DNA of 56,720 bases from Acidobacteriota bacterium (lineage in GTDB: Bacteria > Acidobacteriota > Polarisedimenticolia > Gp22-AA2 > AA152), in the NCBI GenBank assembly GCA_022616665.1, contig JAKEFJ010000175.1, forward strand, positions 1 through 56,720, given 5' to 3'. Shown piece by piece: positions 1 through 10,388 of the stretch (within the stretch, counting starts at the first letter, position 1; each line of letters begins with the position of its first letter). The notes under the pieces are model-generated. The model saw nothing but the letters and a program-made list of their open reading frames with translations, had not been told where the DNA came from and searched no databases. A program made the translations under genes and the position numbers.

Positions 1-22
1 ACACCTTCCGGGAAATGGAGCG

Positions 23-51
23 TTGACAGGCGGGGTGCGGATGGCTACCAT
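23..51 (+). promoter_or_regulatory. Candidate sigma70-type promoter (TTGACA-N17-TACCAT) upstream of the VOC gene
   Basis: TTGACA at 23-28, 17-nt spacer, TACCAT at 46-51. GAAGGAG Shine-Dalgarno sits before ATG 100. Confidence 0.3.
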
Positions 52-99
52 GAAGCCAACTAGCCCCTCGGACCCGGCCTCTGAAGGAGTCACCCAGCC

Positions 100-483
100 A
101 TGATGAGCAAGGTAGGCTACAGCCGGATCGTTGTTTCAGACCTCAAGCGCTCCATTGAATTCTATCGGGATGTTCTGGGAGTGCCCCTCAAATACGAAGC
201 GGACGACTGGGCGGAATTTGCGACGCTCGGCACCCGGCTCGCGCTCAAGGCAGGGGCCCCTCCCGTGCCCGCCATTCCCGAGAAAAGCCACGACGGGCTG
301 CCCATCGCCGGCCGTGTGGGAATTGCGTTCGAAGTGAAGAATCTCGACCAGGTCTACCGGGATCTCTCGGCAAGAGGAGTGAAATTCACCCAGCCGCCGA
401 CCGAAGACGGGCCGGGTGGACGCATGGCGATGCTGCTGGATCCCGACGGCTTGGAGATCGCTCTCGGCGAGACCCACCACTGA
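100..483 (+). CDS. VOC / glyoxalase-bleomycin resistance family protein
   Basis: 127 aa. N-terminal IVVSDLKRSIEFYRDVLG and C-terminal DPDGLEIAL are typical glyoxalase-fold paired beta-alpha-beta-beta-beta modules. SD precedes the ATG. Confidence 0.8.
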   Translation: MMSKVGYSRIVVSDLKRSIEFYRDVLGVPLKYEADDWAEFATLGTRLALKAGAPPVPAIPEKSHDGLPIAGRVGIAFEVKNLDQVYRDLSARGVKFTQPPTEDGPGGRMAMLLDPDGLEIALGETHH

Positions 484-486
484 TTT

Positions 487-2646
487 TCAAATGGGCTCAA
501 GCTGGGAGTACCTGGGTAGAAACTTCTTGGAGCCATAGACCGAGAAGGAGACGGTCAGCTTCAGGGATTCACCGGCGCCCTCCACTCCGATGATGGTGCC
601 GATTCCATACTCCGGGTGGTGCACCCGTTTCCCCAGCTTGTAGGGGCCCGCACCTTCCCGCTCCCGAAATTCTCCAGCTTCCGGATCGAGTACATAGCTG
701 CGCGAAGACTCCGCCACCCGTGGGCGGGGAAGCGCCACGGCCCGCCGCGTGAGATCCCGCAGCAGGTGCGGGGGAATCTCCTCGAGGAATCGGGACGGCT
801 CGTTGAACTGGCTGCGGCCGAAGAGCCGGCGGGAGACGGCTCGGGTCAGGAGTAGTCGCTCCTTCGCCCGGGTCATCCCCACGTAGCAGAGGCGACGCTC
901 CTCCTCAACGTCATCGAGCTCCTCCCGGCTGTGGGCGTGCGGGAACAGGTTTTCCTCCATGCCCACCAGGAAGACCACGGGAAACTCCAGCCCCTTGGCA
1001 CAGTGCAGCGTCATGAGTGAAACCCCGCCTGCCCCCCGGGTATTCTCCACCTCTGATAGCAGGGCGGTGCGCTCCAGGAATTGCTGGATGCCCTCGACTC
1101 CCCCGGCGTATTCGCCGACGGCAGCCACCAGCTCGTCCACGTTTTCCAGTCGGGACTCCGCATCCTGCGGATTGTCGCGCTCCAGGAATTCCCGATAGCC
1201 AATCCGCTGGATGAGGTCGGAGAGAAAGTCTCCCGGCTCCTTCTCCGCCATTTCCAGTCGAAGGTCCTCCAGGAGATCGAGAAAGCCCCGGATCGCCCGT
1301 TCGCCCCGGGGGGTCAGCAGCGAGCGCTCCAGGACGATCCGGGCAGCCACGGCGGGAGGGAGGCCCTCGGTTCCTGCCAACTCCTCCACCAGGGCTGCCG
1401 TGCCTTTGCCGATCTCCCTGGGCGGGACATTGACCACTCTTTTCCAGGAGACTTCATCGGCCGGATTCACCAGCAGCCGCAGATAGGCGATGAGATCCTT
1501 GACCTCCTTGCGCTCGTAGAACCGAACGCCACCGATAATCAGATATGGCATGCCGCGCCGCACCAGGGCTTCCTCGAAAAGTCGAGACTGGGCGTTGGTG
1601 CGATAGAGGACGGCGAAATCCTCGGGAGGCCGATCCATCCGGGCCATGCTTTCCGCCGCGAAGTGGGCCTCTTCCAGATCGTCCCCCGCGCAGAACAGGT
1701 CCAAAGGCTCCCCCGCGTCGTTTTCCGTCCACAAGGTCTTGCCGATTCGGCTTGTGTTGTGGGACACCATCGCGGAGGCTGCTTCCAGAATCACCTTGGA
1801 GGAGCGGTAGTTCTGCTCCAGCTTGATGATGCGGGTTCCCGGGAAATCCCGCTCGAAGGTGAGGATGTTCTGGATGTCGGCTCCGCGAAAGCGATAGATG
1901 GACTGGTCTTCGTCTCCCACGCAACAGACGTTCCCGTGGGCTCGGGCCAGCGCCCGGATGAGGCGGTACTGCGAGTGATTGGTGTCCTGGTACTCGTCCA
2001 CCAGCAGGTACCGGCACCGCTCGCTCCAGCGGCGCGAGGCCTCCTCGTCCGTCTCCAGAAGCCTCAGGGGCAGGACGATGAGGTCGTCGAAATCCATGGC
2101 ATTGGCAGCGCGTAGACGACGGGCGTAGCGTTCGTAGAGTCGGGCGATGGTGCGGCTGCCCGAGGAGATGCCCGAAGCCTGAAATTCCTCCGGGGTCACC
2201 ATCTGGTTCTTGGCGTGGCTGATCGAGGAGAGCACGCGCCGAGGTGGGAATGCTTTGTCGTCCACCCCTTCCTCGCGCAGCAGGTCCTTCACGAGGGCCA
2301 TCTGGTCGTCGTCATCGTAAATGACGAAGCTTCGGGCATAACCCAGCCGCTCTGCCTCCACCCTCAGGATTCGCAGGCCCAGGGAATGAAACGTGGAGAT
2401 CCACGCTCCTACGGGAACGTTTCCCAGGAGATCCGCCACGCGGGTTTTCATTTCGCCGGCGGCTTTGTTAGTGAAGGTGACGGCCAAAATCTCCTCGGGA
2501 CGCGCCTTGCCGGAATGAAGCAGGTGGGCAACGCGGTAGACGATGACCCGGGTCTTGCCGGAGCCGGCTCCCGCCAGGATCAGGAGAGGGCCTTCGGTTG
2601 CCAGGACCGCCTCTCGCTGCTTGTCGTTCAGGGTGTCCAGGAGCAT
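487..2646 (-). CDS. pcrA: ATP-dependent DNA helicase, UvrD/PcrA family (SF1)
   Basis: LNDKQREAV, Walker A AGAGSGKTRV, LLVDEYQDTN, VGDEDQSIYRFRGA and TLHCAKGLEFPVVF motifs, plus a C-terminal Tudor-like HPEYGIGTI tail. Start taken at Met33 of the ORF (MLLDTLN); the upstream 32 codons look non-coding. Confidence 0.9.
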   Translation of the reverse strand: MLLDTLNDKQREAVLATEGPLLILAGAGSGKTRVIVYRVAHLLHSGKARPEEILAVTFTNKAAGEMKTRVADLLGNVPVGAWISTFHSLGLRILRVEAERLGYARSFVIYDDDDQMALVKDLLREEGVDDKAFPPRRVLSSISHAKNQMVTPEEFQASGISSGSRTIARLYERYARRLRAANAMDFDDLIVLPLRLLETDEEASRRWSERCRYLLVDEYQDTNHSQYRLIRALARAHGNVCCVGDEDQSIYRFRGADIQNILTFERDFPGTRIIKLEQNYRSSKVILEAASAMVSHNTSRIGKTLWTENDAGEPLDLFCAGDDLEEAHFAAESMARMDRPPEDFAVLYRTNAQSRLFEEALVRRGMPYLIIGGVRFYERKEVKDLIAYLRLLVNPADEVSWKRVVNVPPREIGKGTAALVEELAGTEGLPPAVAARIVLERSLLTPRGERAIRGFLDLLEDLRLEMAEKEPGDFLSDLIQRIGYREFLERDNPQDAESRLENVDELVAAVGEYAGGVEGIQQFLERTALLSEVENTRGAGGVSLMTLHCAKGLEFPVVFLVGMEENLFPHAHSREELDDVEEERRLCYVGMTRAKERLLLTRAVSRRLFGRSQFNEPSRFLEEIPPHLLRDLTRRAVALPRPRVAESSRSYVLDPEAGEFREREGAGPYKLGKRVHHPEYGIGTIIGVEGAGESLKLTVSFSVYGSKKFLPRYSQLEPI

Positions 2647-2793
2647 CGGCGCCTTTCGGGAAGACCTCGCGTCTGCAGCACGGATGTGGCGAAGAATAGC
2701 ACAGCCTCGGGAAACCGCCGTGGCAGCGTGAAATTCCCTCAACTACCAAGCCTGGGGCCGGATTGCCAGCAGGCCGAGCAGGAAAGCGGCGGT

Positions 2794-4626
2794 CTATTCG
2801 ACGGTGACGCTCTTGGCGAGGTTTCTGGGTTGGTCCACGTCGCAGCCCCGACGCAAGGCAATGTGGTAGGCGAGGAGCTGGAGCGGAATCACCGCCAGGA
2901 TGGGGGTGAGCAGGTCGGCGGTTTTTGGAATGGCGATAACGTGGCTTGCGATCTTGCTCAGATCGCCGTTCCCCTCCTGGGTAATGGCGATGATGCGTCC
3001 TTCACGGGCCTTCACCTCTTCGATGTTCCCCATCATCTTTTCATAGACCTTGTCGCCGAAAGTCAGGGCGACTACGGGAAGGTTCTTATCGATGAGGGCG
3101 ATGGGGCCGTGCTTCATCTCGCCGGCCGGATAGCCCTCGGCGTGGATGTAGGAAATCTCCTTCAACTTCAGCGCCCCCTCCAGCGCGATGGGGTAATTCA
3201 CGCCTCTCCCGAGAAAGAGGAAATCCGAAGCCCGGTAGTATTCCTTGGCCACTTCCTCGATGGCGGGATCCGTCTGAAGGATTTTCTCCACCAGCGCCGG
3301 CAGATGCAGCAGCTGTGCAATGTGGCTCTTGGCCGCATCCAGTTCCAGCGTGCCGCGAACCTCGGCAAGGTGCAGCGCCAGCAGCTGCAGGGCTATCAGC
3401 TGGCAGGTGAATGCCTTGGTGGATGCCACCCCGATTTCCGGACCGGCGTGGGTGTAAATGACGCCGTTTGCCTCGCGGGTGATCATGCTTCCTACCACGT
3501 TGCAGATCGCCACGGTCTTGACCTTCTTGGCCCTGGCCTCCCGCTGGGCGGCCAAGGTGTCCGCGGTCTCTCCCGACTGGCTGATCACGACTACCAGGTC
3601 CTCGGGGGCGAGAATCGGATCGCGATAGCGGAATTCGGAGCCGATGTCCACATCCACGGGCACCCTCACGAGCCGCTCGAGAAGGAACTTCCCCACCAGC
3701 GCCGCGTGCCATGAGGTGCCGCAGGCCACCAGGGAAATGCGCCGGACTCTGCGGAAATCTTCCGGGGAGATGTCCATCTCCTCCAGAAAGATCTTGCCAG
3801 TTTCCGCCGAAACGCGGCCCAACAGGGTGTCTCGAATGGCTCGGGGCTGCTCGTAGATTTCCTTCAACATGAAATGCTTGAAGCCGCTCTTCTCGGCCAT
3901 GATCGGATCCCAGGTGATTCGCTGGGCCTTCCGGGTCACGGGGCGTCCCTCCAGATCCCGGACTTGGACCCCCGCCTCGGTCACCACCGCCAGCTCGCGA
4001 TCGTCCAGGAAGAAGATATCCCGAGTATGGTGGAGGATTGCCGGGACGTCGGAGGCGACGAAGTACTCGTCCTTGCCGAGTCCGATCACCAGGGGCGGTC
4101 CATTCCTGGCCGCCACGATTTTCTTGGGGTGATTCGCGGCGATCACCGCGATGGCATAGACGCCCTTCAGGCGCGGCAGGCAGAGGCGAATCGCCTCTTC
4201 CAGGGAGTGCTCCTTCAGCTTCTCCTCGAAGAGGTGCGCCATCACCTCGGTATCGGTCTCGGTCTTGAAAGAGTGCCCACGCTGCTGAAGCTCCCGCTTC
4301 AGCTCTATGTAATTCTCGATGATGCCATTGTGCACCACCACAAGGTTTCCGGTGCAGTCGCGGTGTGGATGGGCATTCTCTTCGGTGGGTCGCCCGTGGG
4401 TCGCCCAGCGCGTGTGCCCCACTCCATAAGAGCCGTCTAAGGGCTTCAGACGAAGCGCTTCTTCCAAGTCCCGAAGCTTCCCGGCGCAGCGCGTCACCTC
4501 CAGACCCTTCTCGTTGACCACCGCGAGTCCTGCCGAGTCGTACCCCCGGTACTCCAGGCGGCGCAGCCCGTCCATGAGAACACTGGTGAGGCGTTTGTTC
4601 CCGATGTACCCGACGATTCCGCACAT
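2794..4626 (-). CDS. glmS: Glutamine--fructose-6-phosphate aminotransferase (isomerizing)
   Basis: Starts MCGIVGY (catalytic Cys2) at Met15 of the ORF. Two SIS domains. Ends with the canonical NLAKSVTVE. Confidence 0.95.
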   Translation of the reverse strand: MCGIVGYIGNKRLTSVLMDGLRRLEYRGYDSAGLAVVNEKGLEVTRCAGKLRDLEEALRLKPLDGSYGVGHTRWATHGRPTEENAHPHRDCTGNLVVVHNGIIENYIELKRELQQRGHSFKTETDTEVMAHLFEEKLKEHSLEEAIRLCLPRLKGVYAIAVIAANHPKKIVAARNGPPLVIGLGKDEYFVASDVPAILHHTRDIFFLDDRELAVVTEAGVQVRDLEGRPVTRKAQRITWDPIMAEKSGFKHFMLKEIYEQPRAIRDTLLGRVSAETGKIFLEEMDISPEDFRRVRRISLVACGTSWHAALVGKFLLERLVRVPVDVDIGSEFRYRDPILAPEDLVVVISQSGETADTLAAQREARAKKVKTVAICNVVGSMITREANGVIYTHAGPEIGVASTKAFTCQLIALQLLALHLAEVRGTLELDAAKSHIAQLLHLPALVEKILQTDPAIEEVAKEYYRASDFLFLGRGVNYPIALEGALKLKEISYIHAEGYPAGEMKHGPIALIDKNLPVVALTFGDKVYEKMMGNIEEVKAREGRIIAITQEGNGDLSKIASHVIAIPKTADLLTPILAVIPLQLLAYHIALRRGCDVDQPRNLAKSVTVE

Positions 4627-4703
4627 GATGAGACCGAATATAGGGGGTTTCGATGCATCCTGCAACAAAGCGGAGCGCGAAGCGGAGCGAAGATCGCAGA
4701 TTT

Positions 4704-6143
4704 CTAGTGCTGCTTCCTTTTGTGTTTCTTGGCCCAGCCCTTCACCACCACCTGGCGACCCCGGGCGATGGCGAGGCTGTAAGGGGGCACTTCCTTCGTG
4801 ATGGTGGATCCGGCTCCCACGTAGGCTCCTTTGCGCACCCTGACCGGCGCGATCAACTGGCTGTCGCTGCCGACAAAAACGCCGTCCTCCACCACTGTCT
4901 TGTGTTTTTTCTCCCCGTCATAATTGCAGGTGATGGTTCCCGCTCCGATGTTGACGCCCTCGCCAATTTCCGAATCGCCGAGGTAGGTGAGATGGTTTGC
5001 CTTGCTTCCGCGGCCGATGGCGGTCTTTTTGGTCTCCACGAAATTTCCGATGCGCACCCCCTCGGCCAGCTCCGTGTCGGGACGCAGATGCGCGAAAGGG
5101 CCCACCTTGACGCCCCGTCCCAGGCGCGCCTGGGTGATGACGCAATGATCCAGGATTTCGGTTCCCTCCCCGACTACCGAGTTCGAGATCCGCGTCCCCG
5201 GCCCGATCCAGCAGCTCTCCCCAACAACGGTGTCTCCCACGAGAAAGGTCATGGGGCAGAGGACCGTGTCGCGGCCCACGCGAACGTTGGCTTCCACGTA
5301 GGTACATTCGGGATCCAGGAACGTCACGCCGGCGTCCATGAGCTCCTGAGCTTTTCGCAGGTAGAGCCTTTTCCCCGCCCGGGCCAGCTCGCGTCGGTTG
5401 TTGACGCCCATGACCTCTTCGCTGTCCGGGTGGCGATAGGCCGCCACTTTCTGGTGGTTCCGCTTGAGAATCTCCACCAGATCGGTGAGATAGATCTCCC
5501 CCTGGGCATTGTTGGCACCCGCCTGGAGGAGATTCTTGAAAAGGTGCTTCATCTCCACGCAATAGATGCCCGCGTTGATCTCCTGGATTTGCTTCTCCTC
5601 CGGGGTCGCGTCGGAAGCTTCCACGATCCGGGCCACATCGGAGTTGTAGTTGCGGACGATCCGCCCGTAAGCCGCGGGATCCTCGAGCACCGCTGTGAGC
5701 AGCGTCAGCGGAACGGCGTGCTGTCGGTGAAATTCCAGAAGACTGCGAAGCGTCTCGACGCGCAGGGAAGGAAGGTCACCGTTGAGAATCAGGAGCGTGT
5801 CTTCCGCCCCCTTCAAGACCTTCTCCGCGGAGAGGACTGCATGTCCGGTCCCCAGGGGCTGCTCCTGGATGCAGAAGCTCACCCTCGGGTCTTTCGTCCC
5901 GACTGCCTGGCGAACGTCCTCCGACTGGCTTCCCACCACCATCAGGACGCGCTGGGCCCCCAGGGCCAGCGCCGCATCCACCACGTATCGAACCATGGGT
6001 TTGCCAGCCAGGTTGTGCGCCAGCTTGGAAGCTCGGGAATGCATACGCTTCCCCACGCCGGCCGCCAGGACGAGGACGGTGATTCCGGGAGGCTTCGGCT
6101 CCGGGAATGGGGAGGGCTTGATGGAGGTCTTGCGGGTGGCCAT
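4704..6143 (-). CDS. glmU: Bifunctional UDP-GlcNAc pyrophosphorylase / GlcN-1-P N-acetyltransferase
   Basis: LAAGVGKRM nucleotidyltransferase signature followed by C-terminal left-handed beta-helix hexapeptide repeats. Sits directly upstream of glmS. Confidence 0.92.
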   Translation of the reverse strand: MATRKTSIKPSPFPEPKPPGITVLVLAAGVGKRMHSRASKLAHNLAGKPMVRYVVDAALALGAQRVLMVVGSQSEDVRQAVGTKDPRVSFCIQEQPLGTGHAVLSAEKVLKGAEDTLLILNGDLPSLRVETLRSLLEFHRQHAVPLTLLTAVLEDPAAYGRIVRNYNSDVARIVEASDATPEEKQIQEINAGIYCVEMKHLFKNLLQAGANNAQGEIYLTDLVEILKRNHQKVAAYRHPDSEEVMGVNNRRELARAGKRLYLRKAQELMDAGVTFLDPECTYVEANVRVGRDTVLCPMTFLVGDTVVGESCWIGPGTRISNSVVGEGTEILDHCVITQARLGRGVKVGPFAHLRPDTELAEGVRIGNFVETKKTAIGRGSKANHLTYLGDSEIGEGVNIGAGTITCNYDGEKKHKTVVEDGVFVGSDSQLIAPVRVRKGAYVGAGSTITKEVPPYSLAIARGRQVVVKGWAKKHKRKQH

Positions 6144-6154
6144 CGCTGAGGGGG

Positions 6155-6706
6155 CTATTCCCTCTCCGCGGAGATAAGGTCGATAAAGGCATCGTCATCG
6201 GAGAGCAAATCAAAATCCGGGTCGCTTTGCGCATGGATCCGGTTCTCTGGGTTTGTCTCGATGGCTTCCTTGAGCAGATTCAGCGCCTGTTCTCGCTCCC
6301 CCTTGAGGGCCTGGGTGGCGGCAGTGGCGTAAAGGAACCGATCGTCCTTGGGATTCATTTTAAGGGCCTTGTCCAGGTGCTTCAGGGCCTCGTCGTACTT
6401 CTGCCGATTGCTCTCCACGATTCCCTGGTAGTAGTAGTCTTCGGCCTTCTTCAGCGGTAACACCCTGTCCGACTGCTCGCGCTCGCAGACACTCACGTAG
6501 ATGCGGCAGCGATCGGCCATTTCCTTCTCGTCGGGATAGGTCTTGATGACTTTTTGGAAGGCGTCGGCCGCCCCTGAGTAGTCTTTCCGCCTCAAGAGCC
6601 CGAGGGCATGATCATAGTCCTTCACCGCTTGCTCGGCGTGGGCGGCGAGTGTGGAAACGGGACGCGAGGCTGACTTCTTGCCCTTCTTTATTTCTTTTTT
6701 GGCCAT
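6155..6706 (-). CDS. TPR repeat protein
   Basis: Repeated A-x3-F/Y...P helix-pair pattern (YDHALGLLRRKDYSGAADAFQKVIKTYPD, YYYQGIVESNRQKYDEALKHLDKALKMNP). Start placed at MAKKEIKKGKK (Met50 of the ORF). Confidence 0.65.
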   Translation of the reverse strand: MAKKEIKKGKKSASRPVSTLAAHAEQAVKDYDHALGLLRRKDYSGAADAFQKVIKTYPDEKEMADRCRIYVSVCEREQSDRVLPLKKAEDYYYQGIVESNRQKYDEALKHLDKALKMNPKDDRFLYATAATQALKGEREQALNLLKEAIETNPENRIHAQSDPDFDLLSDDDAFIDLISAERE

Positions 6707-6846
6707 GGCACATTTGTCCTGTGGTCGGGCGTTTCGCCTGGATGTTTTCGGGAAGACAGGTCTATGATGACCCCTCTCAGCGAACTCGGCGGAGGCTTGA
6801 ATCATCGGGTTTGTGAAGCGCGAAATCTTAGCAAAGTGAGCACTTA

Positions 6847-7404
6847 GTGTCAATGACTCCCATTTACCTGGCCTTGGGGTCGAACCTGAGCGACCGTGAG
6901 TTGGCGCTTCGGGGCGGCCTTCGGGAGCTGGCCAACCGGGGGGTGTCCACCCGGCGAGTCTCCTCCTTGTATGACACTGACCCGGTTGGCTTTCTGAATC
7001 AGCCCACCTTCCTGAACATGGTGGCGGAAGTTGGCTGGGAAGGCACTCCCGAGGAGCTTCTGGCGCGCTGCCTCGCGGCTGAGAACGCTCTGGGCAGAGT
7101 CAGAGAGTTCCGGGATGGGCCGCGGACCCTGGATATCGACGTGCTGCTCGCCGGCGATCTGGTCTTGAAATCCCGGGGCCTTGAAATCCCTCACCCCCGC
7201 ATGCATCTGCGGCGATTCGTTCTGCGGCCCCTCAGTGAGATTGCGCCGCACGTAATCCATCCACTGATGCGGCTGAGCGTGCAGGAGTTACTGGAGAAAT
7301 GCCAGGATGTAGCCGAGGTGCGAAGAGTGGGTGAGCCGTTTACGGTTGAACCCCCGGACCCCTCTGGATATAATCCGGCGGCTTCCCGGGGCAAACACGG
7401 ATGA
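6847..7404 (+). CDS. folK: 2-amino-4-hydroxy-6-hydroxymethyldihydropteridine diphosphokinase (HPPK)
   Basis: IYLALGSNL, LYDTDPVG and GPRTLDIDVLL motifs. Start is GTG 6847 or ATG 6853. Its stop overlaps the next gene's start (ATGA). Confidence 0.85.
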   Translation: MSMTPIYLALGSNLSDRELALRGGLRELANRGVSTRRVSSLYDTDPVGFLNQPTFLNMVAEVGWEGTPEELLARCLAAENALGRVREFRDGPRTLDIDVLLAGDLVLKSRGLEIPHPRMHLRRFVLRPLSEIAPHVIHPLMRLSVQELLEKCQDVAEVRRVGEPFTVEPPDPSGYNPAASRGKHG

Positions 7405-8060
7405 AATTCAAGCACATCGCGGTGGAGGGCCCCATCGGCGTGGGGAAGACCTCGCTGGTGGACCTGCTGGCCCAGCGATTCGACGCCCTCAAGGTGATGG
7501 AGCGGACCGAGAACCCCTTCCTGGAGGAGTTCTACCGGGACAAGCCAGGCTCTGCATTTCAGGCGCAGCTTTTCTTCCTGCTCAACCGGTACCAACAACA
7601 GCGCGAGCTGACCCAGGGAAACCTGTTCAATCAGGTGACCCTCTCCGATTACCTCTTCGCCAAGGACAAGATTTTCGCCTACCTGAACTTGGACGACTCG
7701 GAATTGATGATTTATGAGAAACTTTACGCCCTCTTGGAGCAGAATATCCCGCGTCCGGACCTGGTTATCTATCTGCAGGCTTCGGACAAGGTGCTGCTGG
7801 AGCGTATTCGCCGCCGCAGCCGGGACTACGAGGTGGGAATCTCAGAGCGTTATGTTGCGGAGTTGAACCGGGCCTATAATTATTTCTTCTTTCACTACAC
7901 GGCTACGCCGCTGCTCGTCATCGATACCTCGGACATCGACTTCGTGGAGCGCGTAGACGACTTGAACGAGTTGGTCACCCAAATCGATCAGATGGAAAAA
8001 GGAGTCCAGTACTACATTCCGCTGGGAGCCGGAGACGGCCCGAGACGGAAACCCAAGTAG
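7401..8060 (+). CDS. Deoxynucleoside kinase family protein
   Basis: IAVEGPIGVGKTS P-loop, a DYLFAKD-type ERS-like region and an RIRRRSRDYE LID region, as in dCK/dGK-type kinases. Confidence 0.82.
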   Translation: MKFKHIAVEGPIGVGKTSLVDLLAQRFDALKVMERTENPFLEEFYRDKPGSAFQAQLFFLLNRYQQQRELTQGNLFNQVTLSDYLFAKDKIFAYLNLDDSELMIYEKLYALLEQNIPRPDLVIYLQASDKVLLERIRRRSRDYEVGISERYVAELNRAYNYFFFHYTATPLLVIDTSDIDFVERVDDLNELVTQIDQMEKGVQYYIPLGAGDGPRRKPK

Positions 8061-8145
8061 CCGGACTTCCCGAAGCCATCTGCCCAGAGCCAACCGCCGC
8101 CGCGTTTCCCCCAACCCCTCAGGGGTGGGGAGAAAGGAGCGACCC

Positions 8146-9030
8146 ATGAGCGGTCCCCGTCCGTGTCCGGTCTGCGTCCCCGATCTACTCAGGATGAAGC
8201 AGCGTGGCGAAAAAATCGCCATGCTCACAGCCTATGACTTTCCCACGGCGCGCCAGGTGGATGCCGCCGGCGCCGACATCGTCCTGGTGGGGGACAGCCT
8301 GGGCATGGTGGTGCTGGGGTACGAGAGCACGCTGCCCGTCACCATGGACGAGATGATCCACCACACCAAAGCTGTGGTCCGCGGGGCGCAGCGCGCCCTG
8401 GTGGTGGCCGACATGCCCTACCTTTCGTACCACCTCTCCCTGCGCGATGCGGTGCGCCATGCCGGCCGATTCGTACAGGAGGCGGGGGCGAAGGCGGTCA
8501 AGGTGGAAGGGGGCCGCAAGCGCGTGCGCGCCATTCGCGCCATCCGGGATGCTGAGATCCCCGTCATGGGCCATGTCGGATTGACCCCCCAATCGGTGCA
8601 CGAGTTCGGCGGTTTCAAGATTCAGGGGAAAAGCGCGGCGGCAGCCCGCAACATTCTGGACGACGCCCTGGCGCTGGAGGAGGCGGGAGTGTTTTCTGTG
8701 GTTCTGGAGGGAATTCCGGCGGAGCTGGCGAAGATGATCACCGAACGCCTCACGGTGCCCACCGTCGGCATCGGCGCCGGCGTGTCATGCGACGGGCAGG
8801 TCCTGGTGATTCACGACCTGCTGGGAATCACCGAAGGGCATGTGCCGTCGTTCGTTCGGAGGTACGCGGAGGTGGGAGCCACGGTGCGCGAGGCATGCCG
8901 CCATTTCGTGGAAGACGTCCGTGACGGGAAGTTTCCTTCCGATGTGGAGTCGAGCCATCTGAAGGGCGAGGTGCTGGAGGAAGTGCGCGGCGGACTCGGC
9001 CCCGCGGCAAAGAGACAATGGCGATCCTAG
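8146..9030 (+). CDS. panB: 3-methyl-2-oxobutanoate hydroxymethyltransferase
   Basis: MLTAYDFPTA, VGDSLGMVVLGY and GHVGLTPQS motifs. ATG 8146 has an AAGGAG SD 6 nt upstream. Confidence 0.92.
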   Translation: MSGPRPCPVCVPDLLRMKQRGEKIAMLTAYDFPTARQVDAAGADIVLVGDSLGMVVLGYESTLPVTMDEMIHHTKAVVRGAQRALVVADMPYLSYHLSLRDAVRHAGRFVQEAGAKAVKVEGGRKRVRAIRAIRDAEIPVMGHVGLTPQSVHEFGGFKIQGKSAAAARNILDDALALEEAGVFSVVLEGIPAELAKMITERLTVPTVGIGAGVSCDGQVLVIHDLLGITEGHVPSFVRRYAEVGATVREACRHFVEDVRDGKFPSDVESSHLKGEVLEEVRGGLGPAAKRQWRS

Positions 9031-9068
9031 CGGATCCGGAGCGCACCCAGAAGAGCGGCGAGGGATTG

Positions 9069-9923
9069 ATGGAAACCCTCACGAGCCCAGAGCGGATGAG
9101 GGCGCTGGCACGGGAGTTCCGAGCGCAGGGGGAGCGCATCGGCTACGTCCCGACCATGGGGGCCCTGCACGAGGGGCACTTGAGCCTCATCCGGCGCTCC
9201 AAGCAGCTGGCGACCAGGACCGTGGTGAGCCTGTTCGTCAATCCCACTCAGTTCGGCCCTTCCGAGGATTTCCGGAAATATCCCAGAAATCCTGAGCGCG
9301 ACGCCGAGCTGGCGCGTCTGGCTGGAGCCGATGTTCTGTACGCCCCCAGGGTGGGGGATGTTTACCCTCCGGGCTACCGGACCTACGTGGCGGTGGAGGG
9401 TTTGGGCACGACGCTGGAGGGCGCCAGCCGTCCGGGACATTTCCGCGGCGTCGCCACCGTGGTCGTCAAGCTCCTGAATCGCGTTGCGCCGCACGTCGCC
9501 CTGTTCGGACAGAAGGACGCCCAGCAGGCGATTCTCATCAAAAAGCTGGTGCGCGATCTCGAGGTGGATCTCGAGATCGAAGTTTGCCCGACGGTTCGCG
9601 AGGAGGACGGACTGGCGATGAGCTCTCGCAATGCCTACCTCACACCGGAACAACGGCGCGCGGCGCCGGTGCTGTATCGGGCACTGAAGCGGGCCGAATC
9701 GGCGGTGGTCAGGGAGAAGGAGCGCCGTGCGGAGCGGATCGTGGATCTGATCCGGGAGACGGTGGCCGCCGAGCCGTACGTCTCGCTTGATTATGCCGAG
9801 GTGGTGGACGCAGGAACGCTCGCGCCGCTGGAGCGGATCGAGGGCAGTGTCCTGATTCCTATCGCGGCCCGCGTCGGGGCGACGCGGCTCATCGACAACG
9901 TGATCCTGAAGGTGGAGGAGTAA
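9069..9923 (+). CDS. panC: Pantoate--beta-alanine ligase
   Basis: [14 protein letters not shown] (HIGH-like), FVNPTQF and GQKDAQQ motifs. Start taken at METL, which gives the usual ~26 residues before VPTMG. ATG 9018 is an alternative. Confidence 0.9.
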   Translation: METLTSPERMRALAREFRAQGERIGYVPTMGALHEGHLSLIRRSKQLATRTVVSLFVNPTQFGPSEDFRKYPRNPERDAELARLAGADVLYAPRVGDVYPPGYRTYVAVEGLGTTLEGASRPGHFRGVATVVVKLLNRVAPHVALFGQKDAQQAILIKKLVRDLEVDLEIEVCPTVREEDGLAMSSRNAYLTPEQRRAAPVLYRALKRAESAVVREKERRAERIVDLIRETVAAEPYVSLDYAEVVDAGTLAPLERIEGSVLIPIAARVGATRLIDNVILKVEE

Positions 9924-9928
9924 ACGCA

Positions 9929-10312
9929 ATGCATCGCGAAGTGCTGCGAGGAAAGATACACCGGGCGACGGTCACCGAAGCCAATCTGGAATACGAGGGG
10001 AGCCTGACCGTGGACGTCGAGCTGTTGGAGGCCGCGGGCCTTTCCGCCTACGAGCGCATCGACGTTTACAACATCACCAACGGGAACCGCTTTTCCACCT
10101 ATCTCATCGAGGGACCGCGACATTCGGGAGTGATCTGCGTGAACGGGGCCGCGGCCCATCTTTCCCGCTCCGGTGACAAAGTGATCATTACGGGCTACGG
10201 CCTCGCCGCCGAAAGCGAGGTCAAAGCCCACCGGCCTCGCGTGGTCCTCGTGGACGAGGCCAACCGCATCAAACAGGTGCTCCAGGAATCCACCGGCAGC
10301 CGTGTTTCCTGA
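9929..10312 (+). CDS. panD: Aspartate 1-decarboxylase
   Basis: [29 protein letters not shown] contains the self-processing G-S site. Completes a panB-panC-panD run. Confidence 0.93.
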   Translation: MHREVLRGKIHRATVTEANLEYEGSLTVDVELLEAAGLSAYERIDVYNITNGNRFSTYLIEGPRHSGVICVNGAAAHLSRSGDKVIITGYGLAAESEVKAHRPRVVLVDEANRIKQVLQESTGSRVS

Positions 10313-10388
10313 GGATCTCGCTCGGAGCATCCTTATTGTATTTCCCGGTGAGCAGCCCCCCGGCCAGGGGAAACCAGACGAGGCGCTT

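Noticed and set aside
1081-2115. 344-aa + strand ORF (similar cases: 2215-3714, 4653-6149, 12933-14144, 14825-16180, 27043-28386, 37301-38923 minus, 45272-46690 minus, 49546-50595 minus)
   Set aside because: Each lies antisense to, or out of frame with, a gene carrying strong family motifs. The products are compositionally biased (Arg/Gly/His/Pro) with no motifs. These are GC-rich shadow ORFs.
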